Source: Podarcis liolepis | Lineage: Eukaryota | DNA: 64,000 nt | Strand: one strand, 5' to 3' | NCBI GenBank assembly: GCA_965112155.1 | Contig: OZ218104.1 | Shown: positions 35,513 to 49,524 of the stretch, piece by piece | Layout of the letters: every line of letters starts with the position of its first letter | How positions within the stretch are numbered: the first letter of the stretch is position 1 | The notes under the pieces: model-generated | Databases searched by the model: none | The model's input: only the letters and a program-made list of their open reading frames with translations | Told to the model about the DNA's origin: nothing | Made by a program: the position numbers and the translations under genes

Positions 35513-37457
35513 TTACACTGAGTCAGACCATTGGCAATATCACCAACACTTGACTGGCAGGGGCTCTCCAGGCAGGGGACATTCTCTGCCTGAATGTCCC
35601 CACCTGGAGATGTCCCTGATGGAACCCAAGACCTTGTGCTTACAAAGCACATGCTCTGTCACTGAGCTATGGGCCTTCCCAAGCACCTGAGAAGTACTAG
35701 GTCTGAATTTAAGAGGTCATTATTTGGCTGTGAGATTCTAATTCATGTCCATGGTACTTCATGGGGGCTGCATCTCGGTGGCTTGTGAATCCCAGACTGA
35801 GCACCAGGTGCTAAATTCAAAACAGGGTGTGTCAAGCCAAAACCCTTGCTCCTACTTACCTATTTTCTGATTACGTCCTTTGCCTGTAAGTTAATTATTC
35901 TAAGGAAGTGCCAAGAAGCTACTGAGACTGTGAGTAAGCTAGAATTAATCAACTAAGAATTGTTGTTGCTTGTCTGCCAGCCCAGGTTAATAAATCTTGT
36001 GACATCAACACTTTCAGAAAGAGTAAATCTGTGTGCTTAATAAAGAGGCCTAGATAAATCCAGATTATGCTATTCACCTCTTCATGTTTCCATGAGAATT
36101 GCTGACGAATATGACCCATAACAGAATTTGGGTCAAAATCTAGCATTCCTCCATAACAGAAAAGTGTTCCAGAACTTTAGGTGAAATAAAGTAAATATTA
36201 TACTTTGTAAAGATCTGAGACTATAAAACCCACAACAGTTCAGTTCAGCCCAAAACACGTGTGCACGAGCGTTAGTGAAGCCTTGGAGGACTACAGAATC
36301 CATGATGCAGTGTAACCCTAGAAGTGTAATTGTGGGGAATACTGTTCCATCCAATTAAAACCAGCCCCAGACACTGTCTGAGCATAAACATTCAGGTGAC
36401 CTCCTCAATCCCCAGGTACATATCGCAGTTGTCTAATCTGGAGTGTTGGGCAGTTCTGCGGTGTGTTTTATAGTTGAAATATTTTACTTTGAAATAAGTT
36501 ACTTTGGGCTTTGTCAGTAGGTGGTATAAAAATGAATGGCTGGGCAGACGGAAAGTCTAATAGGTCTACTCCCTATGCAATTGAAGATATGGCAAGGTAA
36601 AGACAGATGGAGCAAAAAGCAGCATCTCACCAGCAAGAAAGTGTCTTCATTGTTTAGACCAGAAAGTAAATCCAGCCCAAAGACATCTATAAGGGACTAG
36701 GAGTATGGCCAGCCTTCTCTCTGGCCCACTGATGGAAGGAGACTTCCTCATTTAGTCCCCTTGTAATGAATGCTCTTCCCTAGCCAGACAGCCTGCAGGT
36801 CCCAGAGCTGGCCCTACCCTTAGGCTGTGTGCCACGGATGCCTCAGGCAGCAGATACTGAGAGGCAGGGAGTAGCAGTGAGGAAGTGGAGGACAGATCTG
36901 TGTGGGCCGCATGGTCAGCCTGTCGTCTTCCCATTACTAGTGTTGAAAAAAGACCAAAGTGAAAGTTGGATCTGTTTCCATGCAAATAATGCAGGGATGA
37001 GTAACCTTTTTAAGCCCAAGGGCCAATTTCCTTTCGGGGGGGGGGGCACGTTTGGCAGGGCCAGTGGCAAAAGTAAAAGTAGGTGAAGCAACAAATGTCA
37101 ATGTTTGCTTTGTACAGTAGTCTAGCTTCTACACACACACCTCACCATCCTCCATCCAGGAGAGCAAAAGGTATGACCATGGACACATTCCAGCCAGGGA
37201 AAAAACAATCAAGGAGGATGAGAAGCAGGGCTGGTGAGGGGTATGGCCTGGGTGAGGCACAGATAGAAGGGGCTCCTGGCCTTCAGGTTCCCCAACACTG
37301 GTGTAATGGAAGGAGGAGCCATCTCATCCCTCACCACCTCAGAGAGCCAGCTCTGGCAGGTACCCTGAGTGCTTGAATAACCAGCCAACTAGTTATTGGT
37401 TACAAATGTATGGGGCGCCATCTTGAAGTGTTGAAATAATATATTTTTTACGCACAG

Positions 37458-37487
37458 TTTCTTTTTTCTCTCTTTCCTCCCTTCCAG
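37458..37487 (+). promoter_or_regulatory. 3' splice acceptor of the GJB3 coding exon
   Basis: Long pyrimidine tract ending CCCTTCCAG at 37487; strong Kozak GTCACCATGG at 37525. Confidence 0.85.
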
Positions 37488-37524
37488 GCTCAAGTGAGCA
37501 GGAGCTCCACAGACTTCCGTCACC

Positions 37525-38328
37525 ATGGACTGGAAGACCCTACAGGGCCTGCTGAGTGGGGTGAACAAATACTCCACCGCTTTTGGGCGCATCTGGCTCT
37601 CCGTTGTCTTTGTCTTCCGAGTCCTGGTTTATGTGGTGGCTGCTGAGCGAGTGTGGGGGGATGAGCAGAAGGAGTTTGATTGCAACCACCGTCAGCCCGG
37701 ATGCACCAACGTCTGCTTTGACCACTACTTCCCCATCTCCCACACCCGGCTGTGGGCCCTGCAGCTTATCTTTGTCACCTGCCCTTCGCTGCTGGTTATA
37801 ATGCATGTGGCCTACCGCGAGGAGAGGGAGAGGAAAAACCGGTTAAAGAATGGAGAGAACTGCCCCAAACTCTACAGCGATACTGGCAAGAAACATGGTG
37901 GCCTCTGGTGGACTTATGTTCTCACCCTCTTCTTCAAGTTGGCTATCGAGATCGTCTTCCTCTACCTCCTGCATAGGATATGGGAGAGCTTTGACATGCC
38001 CAAGCTGGTCAAGTGCGATCTGAAGCCTTGCCCCAATGTAGTGGACTGCTACATCGCTCGGCCAACGGAGAAGAAGATTTTCACCTACTTCATGGTTGGG
38101 GCGTCTGCCTTCTGCATCGTCCTCATTGTCTGCGAGATTGTCTACCTCATCTGCAAGCGGGTGTTCCGCTCGATACAGAAGTGCCAGAAGAAGAAGAGGT
38201 CGCTCACCTACAGCAAGGCATCCACCTGCCAGTGCCATGCAAGACTGGACCAACCACATTATGGGAAAGGGAAGCACACACAGGTGGAGGCCCTCAGAGC
38301 CTCCGCACCTAACCTGACTTTGATCTGA
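37525..38328 (+). CDS. GJB3: Gap junction beta-3 protein (connexin 31), 267 aa
   Basis: MDWKTLQ N-terminus, [40 protein letters not shown] and C-terminal ASAPNLTLI are Cx31 hallmarks; syntenic with GJA4. Confidence 0.96.
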   Translation: MDWKTLQGLLSGVNKYSTAFGRIWLSVVFVFRVLVYVVAAERVWGDEQKEFDCNHRQPGCTNVCFDHYFPISHTRLWALQLIFVTCPSLLVIMHVAYREERERKNRLKNGENCPKLYSDTGKKHGGLWWTYVLTLFFKLAIEIVFLYLLHRIWESFDMPKLVKCDLKPCPNVVDCYIARPTEKKIFTYFMVGASAFCIVLIVCEIVYLICKRVFRSIQKCQKKKRSLTYSKASTCQCHARLDQPHYGKGKHTQVEALRASAPNLTLI

Positions 38329-41300
38329 GGCGGCATGAAAGGACAGATCCAAAATGGCCGGCTGCCATTTGGATTATTTCATTGCGACACACAAGTGGCT
38401 TTTGAGGAACATGGGGCAAGGAAGGGTGATTTGAAACAGAAGTCTTCCTTCTACATTGTGTGGCCACCAAAGTTTTCCACAAAGGGGAAGCACAGTCATG
38501 TTTTGTTGAGGCCTAAAGGCAAAGCCTCCTGGCCTGTTTACATGTTTTTACTAAACTGAAGACGCATGGTCAAAGCACGCACAACACAAGATGTTGACTT
38601 GTACAATCCCTGGAAGAAGTTGCAGCCCTTTAGATCCTAACATCTGCTCTTTCTCAGAAGAGATGATAATATGGGCTGTTGACTAAGAGAGCCACATATG
38701 TGAAACATCTGTTATGGTCTTCAGAAAACTCCTAGCAACTAATGACTTATAGCTCTGACTCATTAAAATGTTTATAGAGTGTTGCAGAATCAATGAAGGG
38801 GGGGACTGTTTAGTTAATGCTGTCCAAAAACAAATGATGAGAAGGAAAGGTTGGTTTCAGCTCAACCTTTTCACCAAAATTTCACCTAAAGGAAATTCAA
38901 AGTTAATTTGGAGGTTTCACTTCAGGCAGAATAAGTTAGCAATTTCAAGGAAAGCCAAGAAAAAAATTCAAGTTGGGGGGAGGCATTTGCACCATCTATA
39001 GGTGTGTTTACACGACCAAAGGGGCACAGCCTTAGATATCTCTGTATAATAGCTTTTTCCAGTCTGCTGCATTCCAGGTGTTGCTCAATTCCCAGTCCCA
39101 AACAAAATGGCCAATAATGGTGGTGGGAGTTGTTGTTCAAGAACATCTGAAAAGCACCAGTTTTGGGAAAGCCTGCTGTAGGGGCTAGCCAAGAACAAAT
39201 GCTTTCTTGATGTCCTGTTTACACCAGCCTCCTCAACCCCAGTGTCTCCCAGATGCTGAGAGACTACAGCTCTCAACACCCCTGGTCATTGGCCATGTTT
39301 CCCAGGCCTAATTGGTGAGGAGGGCACATGATTGGGGAAAACTGGTTACACACTCCTTACCAGACCTTTCCCCAAAGGAAGGATTGTGCCCAGTGAAGTT
39401 CTGTGAGAATAATACAAGGACTCGGGTGCTTTCCAGAGAGGAAGCCATCTTCCTTTCTGGCCCAGACTGAGGCACCCTGCAAAGAAGGCTTTATTCTGGT
39501 AGCGGTTTGACTTGCCCCTGAAATCCTGCCTAACATGGCATTCCAAATTGGTTTGAGGGTTCTACTTTGACGGAAACCTCTGAGGACTTTCATCGGAAGC
39601 CAAAAAGAGTTGTAATATGCCTCATTGGTGGGGTGGACAGTTTGCTTAAGGCCTGAAACTTCAACCAGATTAGGTTGAAAGCAAATTTCTAAATGAGATA
39701 GGAGGTTTCCCCATATGCAAAAGAAACCATATAAGGGATTCTGAGGGTGTTGATGAACTAGAGCTGTTTCTCAGGTGGGCTTCCTATCTGTTTTGTAAGA
39801 GTTCTGTACTGCTCAGCAATTATAAGGTGATCATTTATGCACTACCAAAACAAAAAAAAGGACGAAAGAATGAAGTGCTTTACATAAAATTTGCACATGT
39901 TAATGTATATATATACATGTAAAGGCACCTTTGTAAATAATTGCTATACTTCAAGTAGATATGCAATACATCCCATAGAAGTGGGGAAGACCATGACCAG
40001 GTAGCCTGTATGTTCCTGCTCAGCCTGCTGTCCAGGTACTGACTGTTGAAGGGCAATTTCAAGACCCCTCCTGCTCTCCCATCTTAGAGGTCTTTAAATT
40101 TAAACCAGACAACCCTTTAAACAGAGAGTGTCCTCTGGAAAGTAGGGCACATGGCCACCCTTATTTGGCAACATCTCACAGAGTGGGAGTTGTAGCACAC
40201 TGGAGAGTTGTTTAGCTGAAGCAACTGTTGACGTGAACGGGGTGTGAGGCAGAACTGACCTCATTCAACAAGCTGCGCAGGTTTGACATGGCGCTCTGGA
40301 GAAGCAAGGACTTTGCAAGGGAGAAAGAGGGGGCCACCATTATAGAAAAGCACCCAACAATTAGGGGTTCTCATTTCCCTCAGTAAAAAGCTATCCTGCA
40401 GCATGTTTACTTAGAAGGGAAGATTGCTGAGTTCAGTGGGGCAATGTTAGAACTGATGGCTTGGACTGTGAGCTGGAAAATGCCTACTTCAAAAATCTCT
40501 TGTCCACCACAAGGAATCTTCCTTTCTCTCTCAGCCTCAGGCTTATGTCTACAAAATACCTGACAGGTAGAACTTCAGGGCCAAACAACATTACTCAGCT
40601 AATGCATATGCATAATAAGGAAGAGTCAGGTGAACATTTGCTTCAGTCTTCTGCTGCAAGAGTTATTCTGACCCATCCTTTAGCATTAGGTGAATTCAAC
40701 ATCCTTCGCTGTACCATCCTTGGGAACCCAACCTAAGGTTCTCAGGCTCAGTCAGAGCATCGCCCCACCTAACTCAGTATTTCCTAGGCTGACTGGAAGT
40801 GGCTGTCCATGGTTTCAGGCAAGGTGCTCTCCCAGGCCTACCCAGAGATGCCAGGTATTGAATCTGGGACCCTCTGCATGCAAATCTGATGCTCTGACAC
40901 TGAGCTATGGTCCTTCTGTCGGTTTTTACCAGGATTTGCCAAGTTTGGACCTGCAGCCTTGCCTGTGCGTGCAAAATAGCCACACCATGGAGAAATCATC
41001 CTTCTCAACAGGAGGTAGGATGGGCATGCAAAATTGCTTGGGTGCCATCCTACAAGCTGCTGCGGGTTGCCCCATCTAACAATTTACTTGTGGGACAGGA
41101 GCTATCCTGACAAAATGACTTTCCACAGGGAGCTGACTCCTGCTGAGTCAGACTATTAGTCCATTTAGCCAAATGCTGTATGACTGACTGAAGGTTTCCA
41201 AAGATTGCAGGCAGCGATATTTCCCAGGCCTATTAAATGAGATCATTGTGCTGGAGACACCCTGAGATCTTGTGCATGCAAAACATGCACTCTGCTTCTT

Positions 41301-41821
41301 GTGGCAGAGTTGTGGCTGTCCCTCAAAGAGAGCCCAGGGCTCTTGCGTGTCTGTCCTGGGATGGTCTTTAGACAACCCTGGTTTATTAGCACCATGCTTT
41401 GATCATCCACACCTCTGAGGGTTGATCCAGTTGATCATGACGAGAGCAAAGGAATTGGGCGCAACTAACTTTGTTCAAGTCATGCAATTTCATGCTTGAA
41501 ATCCAGGGGCGGGAAAGGTTTCAGTCCAAGGGCTGCATTCCTATCCGGAGAACCTTCCAGGGCCTGCATGCTAGTGGTGGGTGGGTAGGGTGAGAGATAA
41601 AGGAAGGTGAAGTGGTGGATGTGACTCTTTGTAGGGAATGAACAATCCAGCCATACAAAAGTCAGAGGTTTACACACACACCTCTCTCTATACCTCACCA
41701 TCTGGAAAGCAGGAGGCAAAGCACAGTTCAAGGACACATTCCAACAGACAAAAGCACTTGAGGCAGGCAGCCACAGGGCTGGTGGAGGGTGTGACCTAGG
41801 AGTGGGCATAGCCCAGGGAGG

Positions 41822-42077
41822 AGAAGAAGAAGAAGAAGAGTTTGGATTTGATATCCCGCTTTATCACTACCCGAAGGAGTCTCAAAGCGGCTAACATTCT
41901 CCTTTCCCTTCCTCCCCCACAACAAACACTTTGTGAGGTGAGTGGGGCTGAGAGACTTCAAAGAAGTGTGACTGGCCCAAGGTCACCCAGCAGCTGCATG
42001 TGGAGGAGCCGAGACACGAACCCGGTTCCCCAGATTACGAGTCTACCGCTCTTAACCACTACACCACACTGGCTCTC
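41822..42077 (-). mobile_element. Squam3-type (MIR/Ther1-derived) SINE
   Basis: Reverse complement starts GAGAGCCAGTGTGGTGTAGTGGTTAAGAGC, contains the MIR core GTGACCTTGGGCCAGTCAC and ends in (CTT)n. Inserted within an older hAT MITE. Confidence 0.8.
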
Positions 42078-43111
42078 AAGTGTGGAGAGGCTTGGGGGCC
42101 AGAGAAAGAGGCCTGGAGGGCCTCATTTGGCCTGCAAACCTGAGGTTCCCAACCCCAGCTGTAAACATTCATAACTCCACTGTTAATCCGGCATCCAACA
42201 TCCAAGAGGGTAAGCCAGTGCACTTAATTGTCAGAAATCAAAGATTATTACAGTTCCAGGACAAAACCAAGCTGAAAAGCATTTTAATGCTGAACAATTG
42301 CCTCCATGGCAATCAAGCGCATCAGCATCCAGATATTTCTGGTGTAGCTTGACAGCTTCTCTTATGAATTCAACAAAATTCTCTGTGAGACCTTTCTTGT
42401 GGGTGACCTTCAATGAGGGCAGTCTTTTAAGGGAAAAAAATTGCTCCCACAATAATCACAATGGGGTAGGAAACTAGAATCCAGCAGGATAACACGGGAG
42501 TTAATGGAGGAAAAGAAGAGTAAGTACTAATTTCACTCACAGTTCTGAGTGCAGCTCAGAACTGAAACCTGCCATCCTCAGTCGACTAAATTCAATCAAA
42601 AAGAGACATTTTGCGGCAGCAAAAACGACAACAAAAGTTAGAAAAGGGGGATTGAGCTGCTTCCATTGCAGATGGTGAGAAATGGTTGGAGAATTTCTCT
42701 ACCCTCCAAGATTATTCAGTGGAATTTCCCCTCCAATTCTTCTGCTGGCAAGTAGGGCAGAGAACTTCAGAAGTCCCTTTTTCACTCCCTTTTTCTAGAC
42801 CCCAGGGTCATGAGATGGGGAAGGAGGAGAGGGATCCTGCAACTTTAATTGCTATGTAGAAGAGGAAATATCAACAGGTGTTTCTTCCCATTAAAGGTGC
42901 AGGAGCTGTGAGCCGTTTGTATCTGACCACCTCACTAGACTTTGATGGAGGGGATTTAAGCAAGGGAAGGTTTTCATACCACTCACATCCGGTGACGGGG
43001 AGAAAGCTTCACCTGCAACATTTCTGCAAGTTTGGCTGATGTTAAAGGTTCCAGCACAACCAGGAAGAAAAGCAAGTGATTTTTATGCTCTGTTGCCCTG
43101 CAAATAGGGTA

Positions 43112-43476
43112 AGGTAAAGGTAAAGGGACCCCTGACCAATAGGTCCAGTCGTGACCGACTCTGGGGTTGCGGCGCTCATCTCGCTTTACTGGCTGAGGGA
43201 GCCGGCGTTTGTCCGCAGACAGCTTTCGGGTCATGTGGCCAGCATGACTAAGCCGCTTCTGACGAACCAGAGCAGCGCACGGAAACGCCGTTTACCTTCC
43301 CACCAAAGTGGTACCTATTTATCTACTTGCACTTTGACGTGCTTTCGAACTGCTAGGTTGACAGGAGCAGGGACCGAGCAATGGGAACTCACCCTTTCGC
43401 GGGGATTCGAACCACCGACCTTCTGATCGGCAAGTCCTAGGCTCTGTGGTTTAACCCACAGCGCCACCCACATCCC
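43112..43476 (-). mobile_element. Sauria SINE, full length
   Basis: 12-bp TSD GCAAATAGGGTA at 43100-43111 and 43477-43488; (ACCTTT)n tail. Confidence 0.93.
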
Positions 43477-46400
43477 GCAAATAGGGTAGGCAGCTGCAAA
43501 AGAGGACAGTGTTCCTGTACTCTTAATTTCTATGTATAAAAGGGACTTCAGCAAGCGTAGTATCTCATGCCAGGCACATCAGCTGATAGTACCTCAGTCC
43601 TCCAGCTATTGAAGGTACAGGAGCCCAGTCCTCTGAAAACATGAGTTCCCATTCCAGGTATATGGGAGGGAAGGAGAACTGGCCACAAACCTGAAAATCA
43701 GAAAAAAGCTATTTGCTGCCTTTCAGCAGTAAATTAACCAGGTGCCAGGCTCTTATCTTTTGCTAATCTTGGCTGGGAGGTCAAGAGAGTGGCATGCTTA
43801 TCACTCTTTTGTCCAGGAAGTTATTTCTCTTTTCTGCTTTGAGCGAGTTCACCGGCAACTGAAAACAAAGAGAGCGTTGAGTGACAAGAGTCAGCTCTTC
43901 AAAGGAGAGGGCTTGACTTAAAAGGAGGCTGGGACTTCTCCCTGAAGGGGGTAAAAGTAACAACCATAAATTAATAGCGTTCAGCAAACATGTAATACAA
44001 AAGGGGGAGTGGAAGCTGGGGCAGAAAACCTCATGGAAGGCACAACCAGAGCAGCCTTTGCAAGATTTGCAAAGGAGATCTCCCTTGCAGGGAGATAAGG
44101 CTTGAGAATCAGAGCTGGGGGTGAAACTGGGTCTATTGCAGAGGCTGCAAGAGCACCACACTAGGTGACAGTGAAGCAGGCAAGAGAAGAGGGATTCAGG
44201 TCATACAACAGGCTCAAGGTAAATGTGTTCAGATGGAGCAGGAGGGTATGCAGACTTAAAAGATGGCAGGGAGATAGAGATGCAGTCCAGCTGTTCTAGG
44301 CCTTTTTTCAAGTTTGCTTTGTGTTTGCTTTGTGTTGCCCCACTGAACTCCTCATTAGTCTGTATCCTGGGGAATCGCCATGCGCATGCCACTTCAGCTC
44401 TCTGCACATTGCAGGGCAGTCTGGGTGCACGCTCAGGTGGGTGATAGTTGGTGGCTAGCTCTGCAGAGCTCCACTATCAAGTGCTCCATTGCAAGGGAAG
44501 ATTGGTTGTGATGAGCATGCCATTTTTCATAGGAACGTAGCTACCGTTCTCAATCTCACAATGTGAAAATCCCCGGTGCAGTGGTTTAGAGTGCAGGGAG
44601 ATCTGGGCTTGAATTCCCACTCAGCTACGAAGATGCATAACCTCAGGACAAGCACTCCCCTCCTCTCTGGGCACAAATGGCTGTTTTTCAGGGGGAAATG
44701 GGATCGCTGTCTTACTTGCATCACCCAGGACAACTTAGAGGAAGAAGGTTGGACTATAAACTTGACCTGTAAACAGGAGGGAACTCAGAGGAAATTAATT
44801 GCAATGAAAGTGCTACAGATAAATCAAGAATTTGTGGGAATTCTTCCAGGGCAGAAAGAGCCCAAACAGGCTTTAAGTGCCACTTCTTCCTTAATACTTC
44901 CCGTTCCAAGGGAAATCAGGAGGTCATGTTGTTACTTGTTCCACAGCATCTGCAGCACAGACAGACCATTCTGGCCTTGCCCAGCATCCTGAGGGAAAGT
45001 CCCATTAGGGGCCCCTATGCAGGACCAACCAACCAGACTGGTATTTCGCAAGACTCAGCTCCTCTCTTGCTCAGAGCCAAGCATATCAGTTCCTTTAAGT
45101 CACTGAACAAATATTTTATTTGCCTAGCGAACTGTGTAATGCAAAAGGTCAAATAAATGTTACTTTGTTTATACAGACACATGCTGAGTTCCTTACTTAC
45201 AGATGATGGGGAGAGTATGGAGAGGGGAGAGGCAGAGCAGAAGGAATGGGGTAAAGCAAGAAGATGAGAAAGGAATGGAAAGGAAAGATCCTGGAGTCTT
45301 GAGTTCAAACTGTGGTTACCTGCAGTGGTCTGTTGAGCTATGGCATTCGGAATGTCAGCCATGAGGACTAGTGATGTTCTGAAAACTGGAGCAAGCTTTT
45401 GAAGTCCTGGGGACCTGAAGAATAGTCATGCTGGATCAGAAGAGTTCCAGCATGTGGCCTGCTGGATGGATACCTTTATGGAGCCCATCAACAGGATGGG
45501 AAGGTAACAGCCCACTGCTGTCATTATTCCTCACCAGTTGTGATTCAGAGGCAGGCTGCCTCCATTTTCTGAGCCACTGACAAATCCCTGTCTTTCCAAA
45601 TGCAAGGTGGTTCTTTTAAAATGAGATTCAGCGTGAGTGAGAAGAGTAAAGATTTCATTCTAAACAGCAAGCATTATATACATTACCAAGCAAGTAACTT
45701 TGATCTGCCACTTGGAAGCCCTCAAAAAGTGGCGAAGCAACTTCTCCAGGTAGCCTTAGGTTTGCACGGCTCTGCAATCGATCAGTCCATGCATGAGCTT
45801 CTCAGAATCTATGCCCAACACCATCTGATTTATAGATAGATAGCCTGTTAGCCTACATGGCTTGCTCAACTGGCTACATGCAGATTATTCATTAGCCACC
45901 TCTCCCGGTGCCCCACTGTGTGTCTAACATCAAAGAAGCGTGTCTAACATCAAAGAAGGTGAAGGTACCCAGCGCTATCACTTCCTTCCACAGATTAGGG
46001 CATTAAAGGCTCCTCTCAGCCATCAAAGAGCTGAACAAGAGACAGAGAAGGGGAAGCAAACAGAGGCAGGAAGGGTAACCAAGTTTGAAATACAAATATC
46101 TTCTGGATAGATTGCCCATACAATACACATTAGAAGCAACCATAGATACAGGCAATGAACACTCCAAAACTCCAGCTACACTTCCCTGACGCAGATGTCC
46201 TTGGTTTCTCTACTCAAAGCCAATGGATGCCTAGGGCAAATAGGGTGGTAGTCAACTTAGTTTTAATCAGAGTAGAAATTAATGAGCATGACTAAGATGG
46301 ATCCATTAATGTCAATGGGTCTACTCTATGCAAAACCTAGTTGACCTAAAACCCATTGTTATAGCTGCTTGCCATACCAACCTAGGGAGTTGCAGCAGTG

Positions 46401-46549
46401 GAAACTTTACTGTGCCCACATGCAGCTCTAGTTGTCTTTTCTAGATCACATTCAATGGATGGGCAGTGTAGTCAGGCACATGTACGATGTTTGGGTGGAT
46501 GGGGTGCGTTTGGAAAGACAGTTTAGAAGCCTTGGCAAAGCTGGACCCT

Positions 46550-47928
46550 CAAGGGAGGACCCAAATAATTATTGCCCAGTCAGTCTGACATCAATACCAG
46601 GGAAGATTCTGGAGCAGATCATTAAGCAAACAGTCTGTGAGCACCTAGAAAGGAATGCTGTGATCACCAATAGTCAGCATGGATTTCTGAAAAATAAGTC
46701 ATGTCAGACTAACCTGATCTCGTTTTTTGACAGAATTACAAGCCTGGTAGATGAAGGGAACGCAGTGGATGTAGCCTACCTTGATTTCAGCAAGGCATTT
46801 GACAAGGTGCCCCATGATATTCTTGTAAAGAAGCTGGTAAAATGCAGTCTTGACTATGCTACCACTCAGTGCATTTGTAACTGGCTGACTGACCAAACCC
46901 AAAGGGTGCTCATCAATGGTTCCTCTTCATCCTGGAGAAGAGTGACTAGTGGGGTGCCACAGGGTTCTGTCTTGGGCCCGGTCTTATTCAACATCTTTAT
47001 CAACGACTTGGATGATGGACTCAAGGGCATCCTGATCAAATTTGCAGATGACACCAAACTGGGAGGGGTGGCTAACACCCCAGAGGACAGGATCACACTT
47101 CAAAACGACCTTGACAGATTAGAGAACTGGGCCAGAACAAACAAGATGAACGTTAACAGGGAGAAATGTAAAGTACTGCACTTGGGCAAAAAAAAATGAG
47201 AGGCACAAATACAAGATGGGTGACACCTGGCTTGAGAGCAGTACATGTGAAAAGGATCTAGGAGTCTTGGTTGACCACAAACTTGACATGAGCCAACAGT
47301 GTGATGCGGCAGCTAAAAAAGCCAATGCAATTCTGGGCTGCATTAATAGGAGTATAGCATCTAGATCAAGGGAAGTAATAGTGCCACTGTATTCTGCTCT
47401 GGTCAGACCTCACCTGGAGTACTGTGTCCAGTTCTGGGCACCACAGTTCAAGAAGGACACTGACAAAGTGGAACATGTCCAGAGGAGGGCAACCAAAATG
47501 GTCAAAGGCCTGGAAACGATGCCTTATGAGGAACGGCTAAGGGAGCTGGGCATGTTTAGCCTGGAGAAGAGGAGGTTAAGGGGTGATATGATAGCCATGT
47601 TCAAATATATAAAAGGATGTCATATAGAGGAGGGAGAAAGGTTGTTTTCTGCTGCTCCAGAGAAGCGGACACGGAGCAATGGATCCAAACTACAAGAAAG
47701 AAGATTCCACCTAAACATTAGGAAGAACTTCCTGACAGTAAGAGCTGTTCGACAGTGGACTTTGCTGCCAAGGAGTGTGGTGGAGTCTCCTACTTTGGAG
47801 GTCTTTAAGCAGAGGCTTGACAACCATATGTCAGGAGTGCTCTGATGGTGTTTCCTGCTTGGCAGGGGGTTGGACTCAATGGCCCTTGTGGTCTCTTCCA
47901 ACTCTATGATTCTATGATTCTATGATTC
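46550..47928 (+). mobile_element. Young 5'-truncated CR1 LINE (reverse transcriptase domain to 3' tail)
   Basis: RT motifs [29 protein letters not shown] and FADD. One +1 frameshift in an A9 run (47188-47196). CR1 (ATTCTATG)n tail ends at 47928. Confidence 0.96.
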
Positions 47929-49524
47929 AACTTCCCAATATATGTAGAGTCGCTTCTGCCTAAGCATTTGCAGCTGGTGAGCTGGATGCTTAGGTTCCCC
48001 CAACCCCTGCAGGCCATTTCAGACAAGTGGAACCAGCCACTTATCAGTCACCTGATGCCAGGTGACAGGTTTTCGTTTGCCCAGGTGGTTTAAAACCAAA
48101 CCATGCAGGCAAAGGCACAGAGCTTTGCAAGTGCTGGTGATCAGCTGGTTGTCAGTACCTGCAGACCCCACTTTGGGACAGGAAGCTGGGTCTTCACCTG
48201 CCCTAGCAAGGGGGGGCAGTGCAAAAACTGATGCAAGGCAGGAGAGGAGCTGTCCACATTGTGGCAATGTGATGCAGACCAGACAGTAACACACTAATCT
48301 CAATGCCCCTGGTAGTTAGTCAGGATCTATACGTGATCCCTGACTAGGTGGCAGTAATACTGTGGCTGATCCAGAAGATGATGAAAGAAACAGTAAGTGG
48401 AGATAAATTATCACTGAAGCACCAACACTTGCCAGCCATTTGGGGGGCTGGGGGAGGATGCCACCAAGCAGGGTCAAAAGAGGTGACCAGAAGGGAATGA
48501 CTTTTATTTTGTTTGAACCCCACTGAAATAGATATTTCCAACCCCAGCATCTAAGCTGGAGAATAATTGTGGTCCAGTTTGTAGCTGATATGAAGGCACC
48601 TGCTGTGGCTTCCTGGCTGAAATAAACAGACCCCCAATGTGCAGCCGCTGACAGGCTGGAAGTCCCCATTGGAGCTGCAATCCTTGAGGACCATTACAGA
48701 AGAATGAAGGGATCCAACCAAAACGAAAATATGACATGTAATCAATGAACCTGGCTTCAATGTGTGAATGCTAAGAGCCATCTCCATCAAGCTAAGATTC
48801 ATACCCTCGCATTCCTGCCAGCTCAGGGACACTCGGCACTCACAGCCCCACAGTGCTAGGAAGACCACACCTTGGGTGCGTGTCCTACTTTGCAGCTGCC
48901 AAGTGTTGTTAAACTTTAATACTATCTAACCAAGAGCCAACCTGCCCCAGGAAGCCGAGATCAGTATCAATTATTCACCAGCCCTTAATAAATATTACAC
49001 ACCAAAATGTTATTGAAAGAATTTCCGTTTCATTTCCTCTTAAAGAGTCTTCCAGGTACTGGTTGCAGCTCACCTGGGAAACTCTGATTGCCCCCCACTT
49101 GCTCTCCAGCCCCTACCAAACAGCTTTGCTGGATGCTGAGTGGCTTATGCCGTAGCCTTTACTTATCTCCTTGCCAGCTAAAAGCTAAGGAGTTAATACC
49201 CCTTGGAAGGTAATAGTCTATTCAAAACACAGCAGGTGGGCTCTGCTACCTGTAGCCAGGTATGTGGCAAGGGAAACAATGGTCCCCTGGCTTAGATATT
49301 GACATATGTACTGAAGGAAGCACACAAGAAAGCCCATCACCACCTCAAGCCAGTAAGCTCTGGCTTTATGGCATCTGCTCTTGGCAGCTATGCTCAGGCT
49401 TGGATTCCCAGAGCAGTCTTGTGCAAATCCAGAACCTGGAGCTGGCAGGGCATCTCTGCCATGAATTCTCAATCCACATCTTGCCTGTGTCTCCAACTCC
49501 CTAGCGAAACGTAGGTCACATCCG

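Noticed and set aside
5948-37400. A second GJB4/GJB5 gene or pseudogene between the first connexin and GJB3
   Set aside because: No connexin motifs seen in the ORF track or by eye; a highly decayed relic cannot be excluded without TBLASTN.
37843-38352. 169-aa antisense ORF over GJB3 (and 181-aa ORF at 59789-60334 over GJA4)
   Set aside because: Shadow ORFs produced by the codon bias of the sense connexin genes.
46432-46550. N-terminal ~40 aa of the 255-aa RT ORF
   Set aside because: Flanking DNA read in frame by chance; CR1 homology begins at about 46550, and the start is a non-ATG codon.
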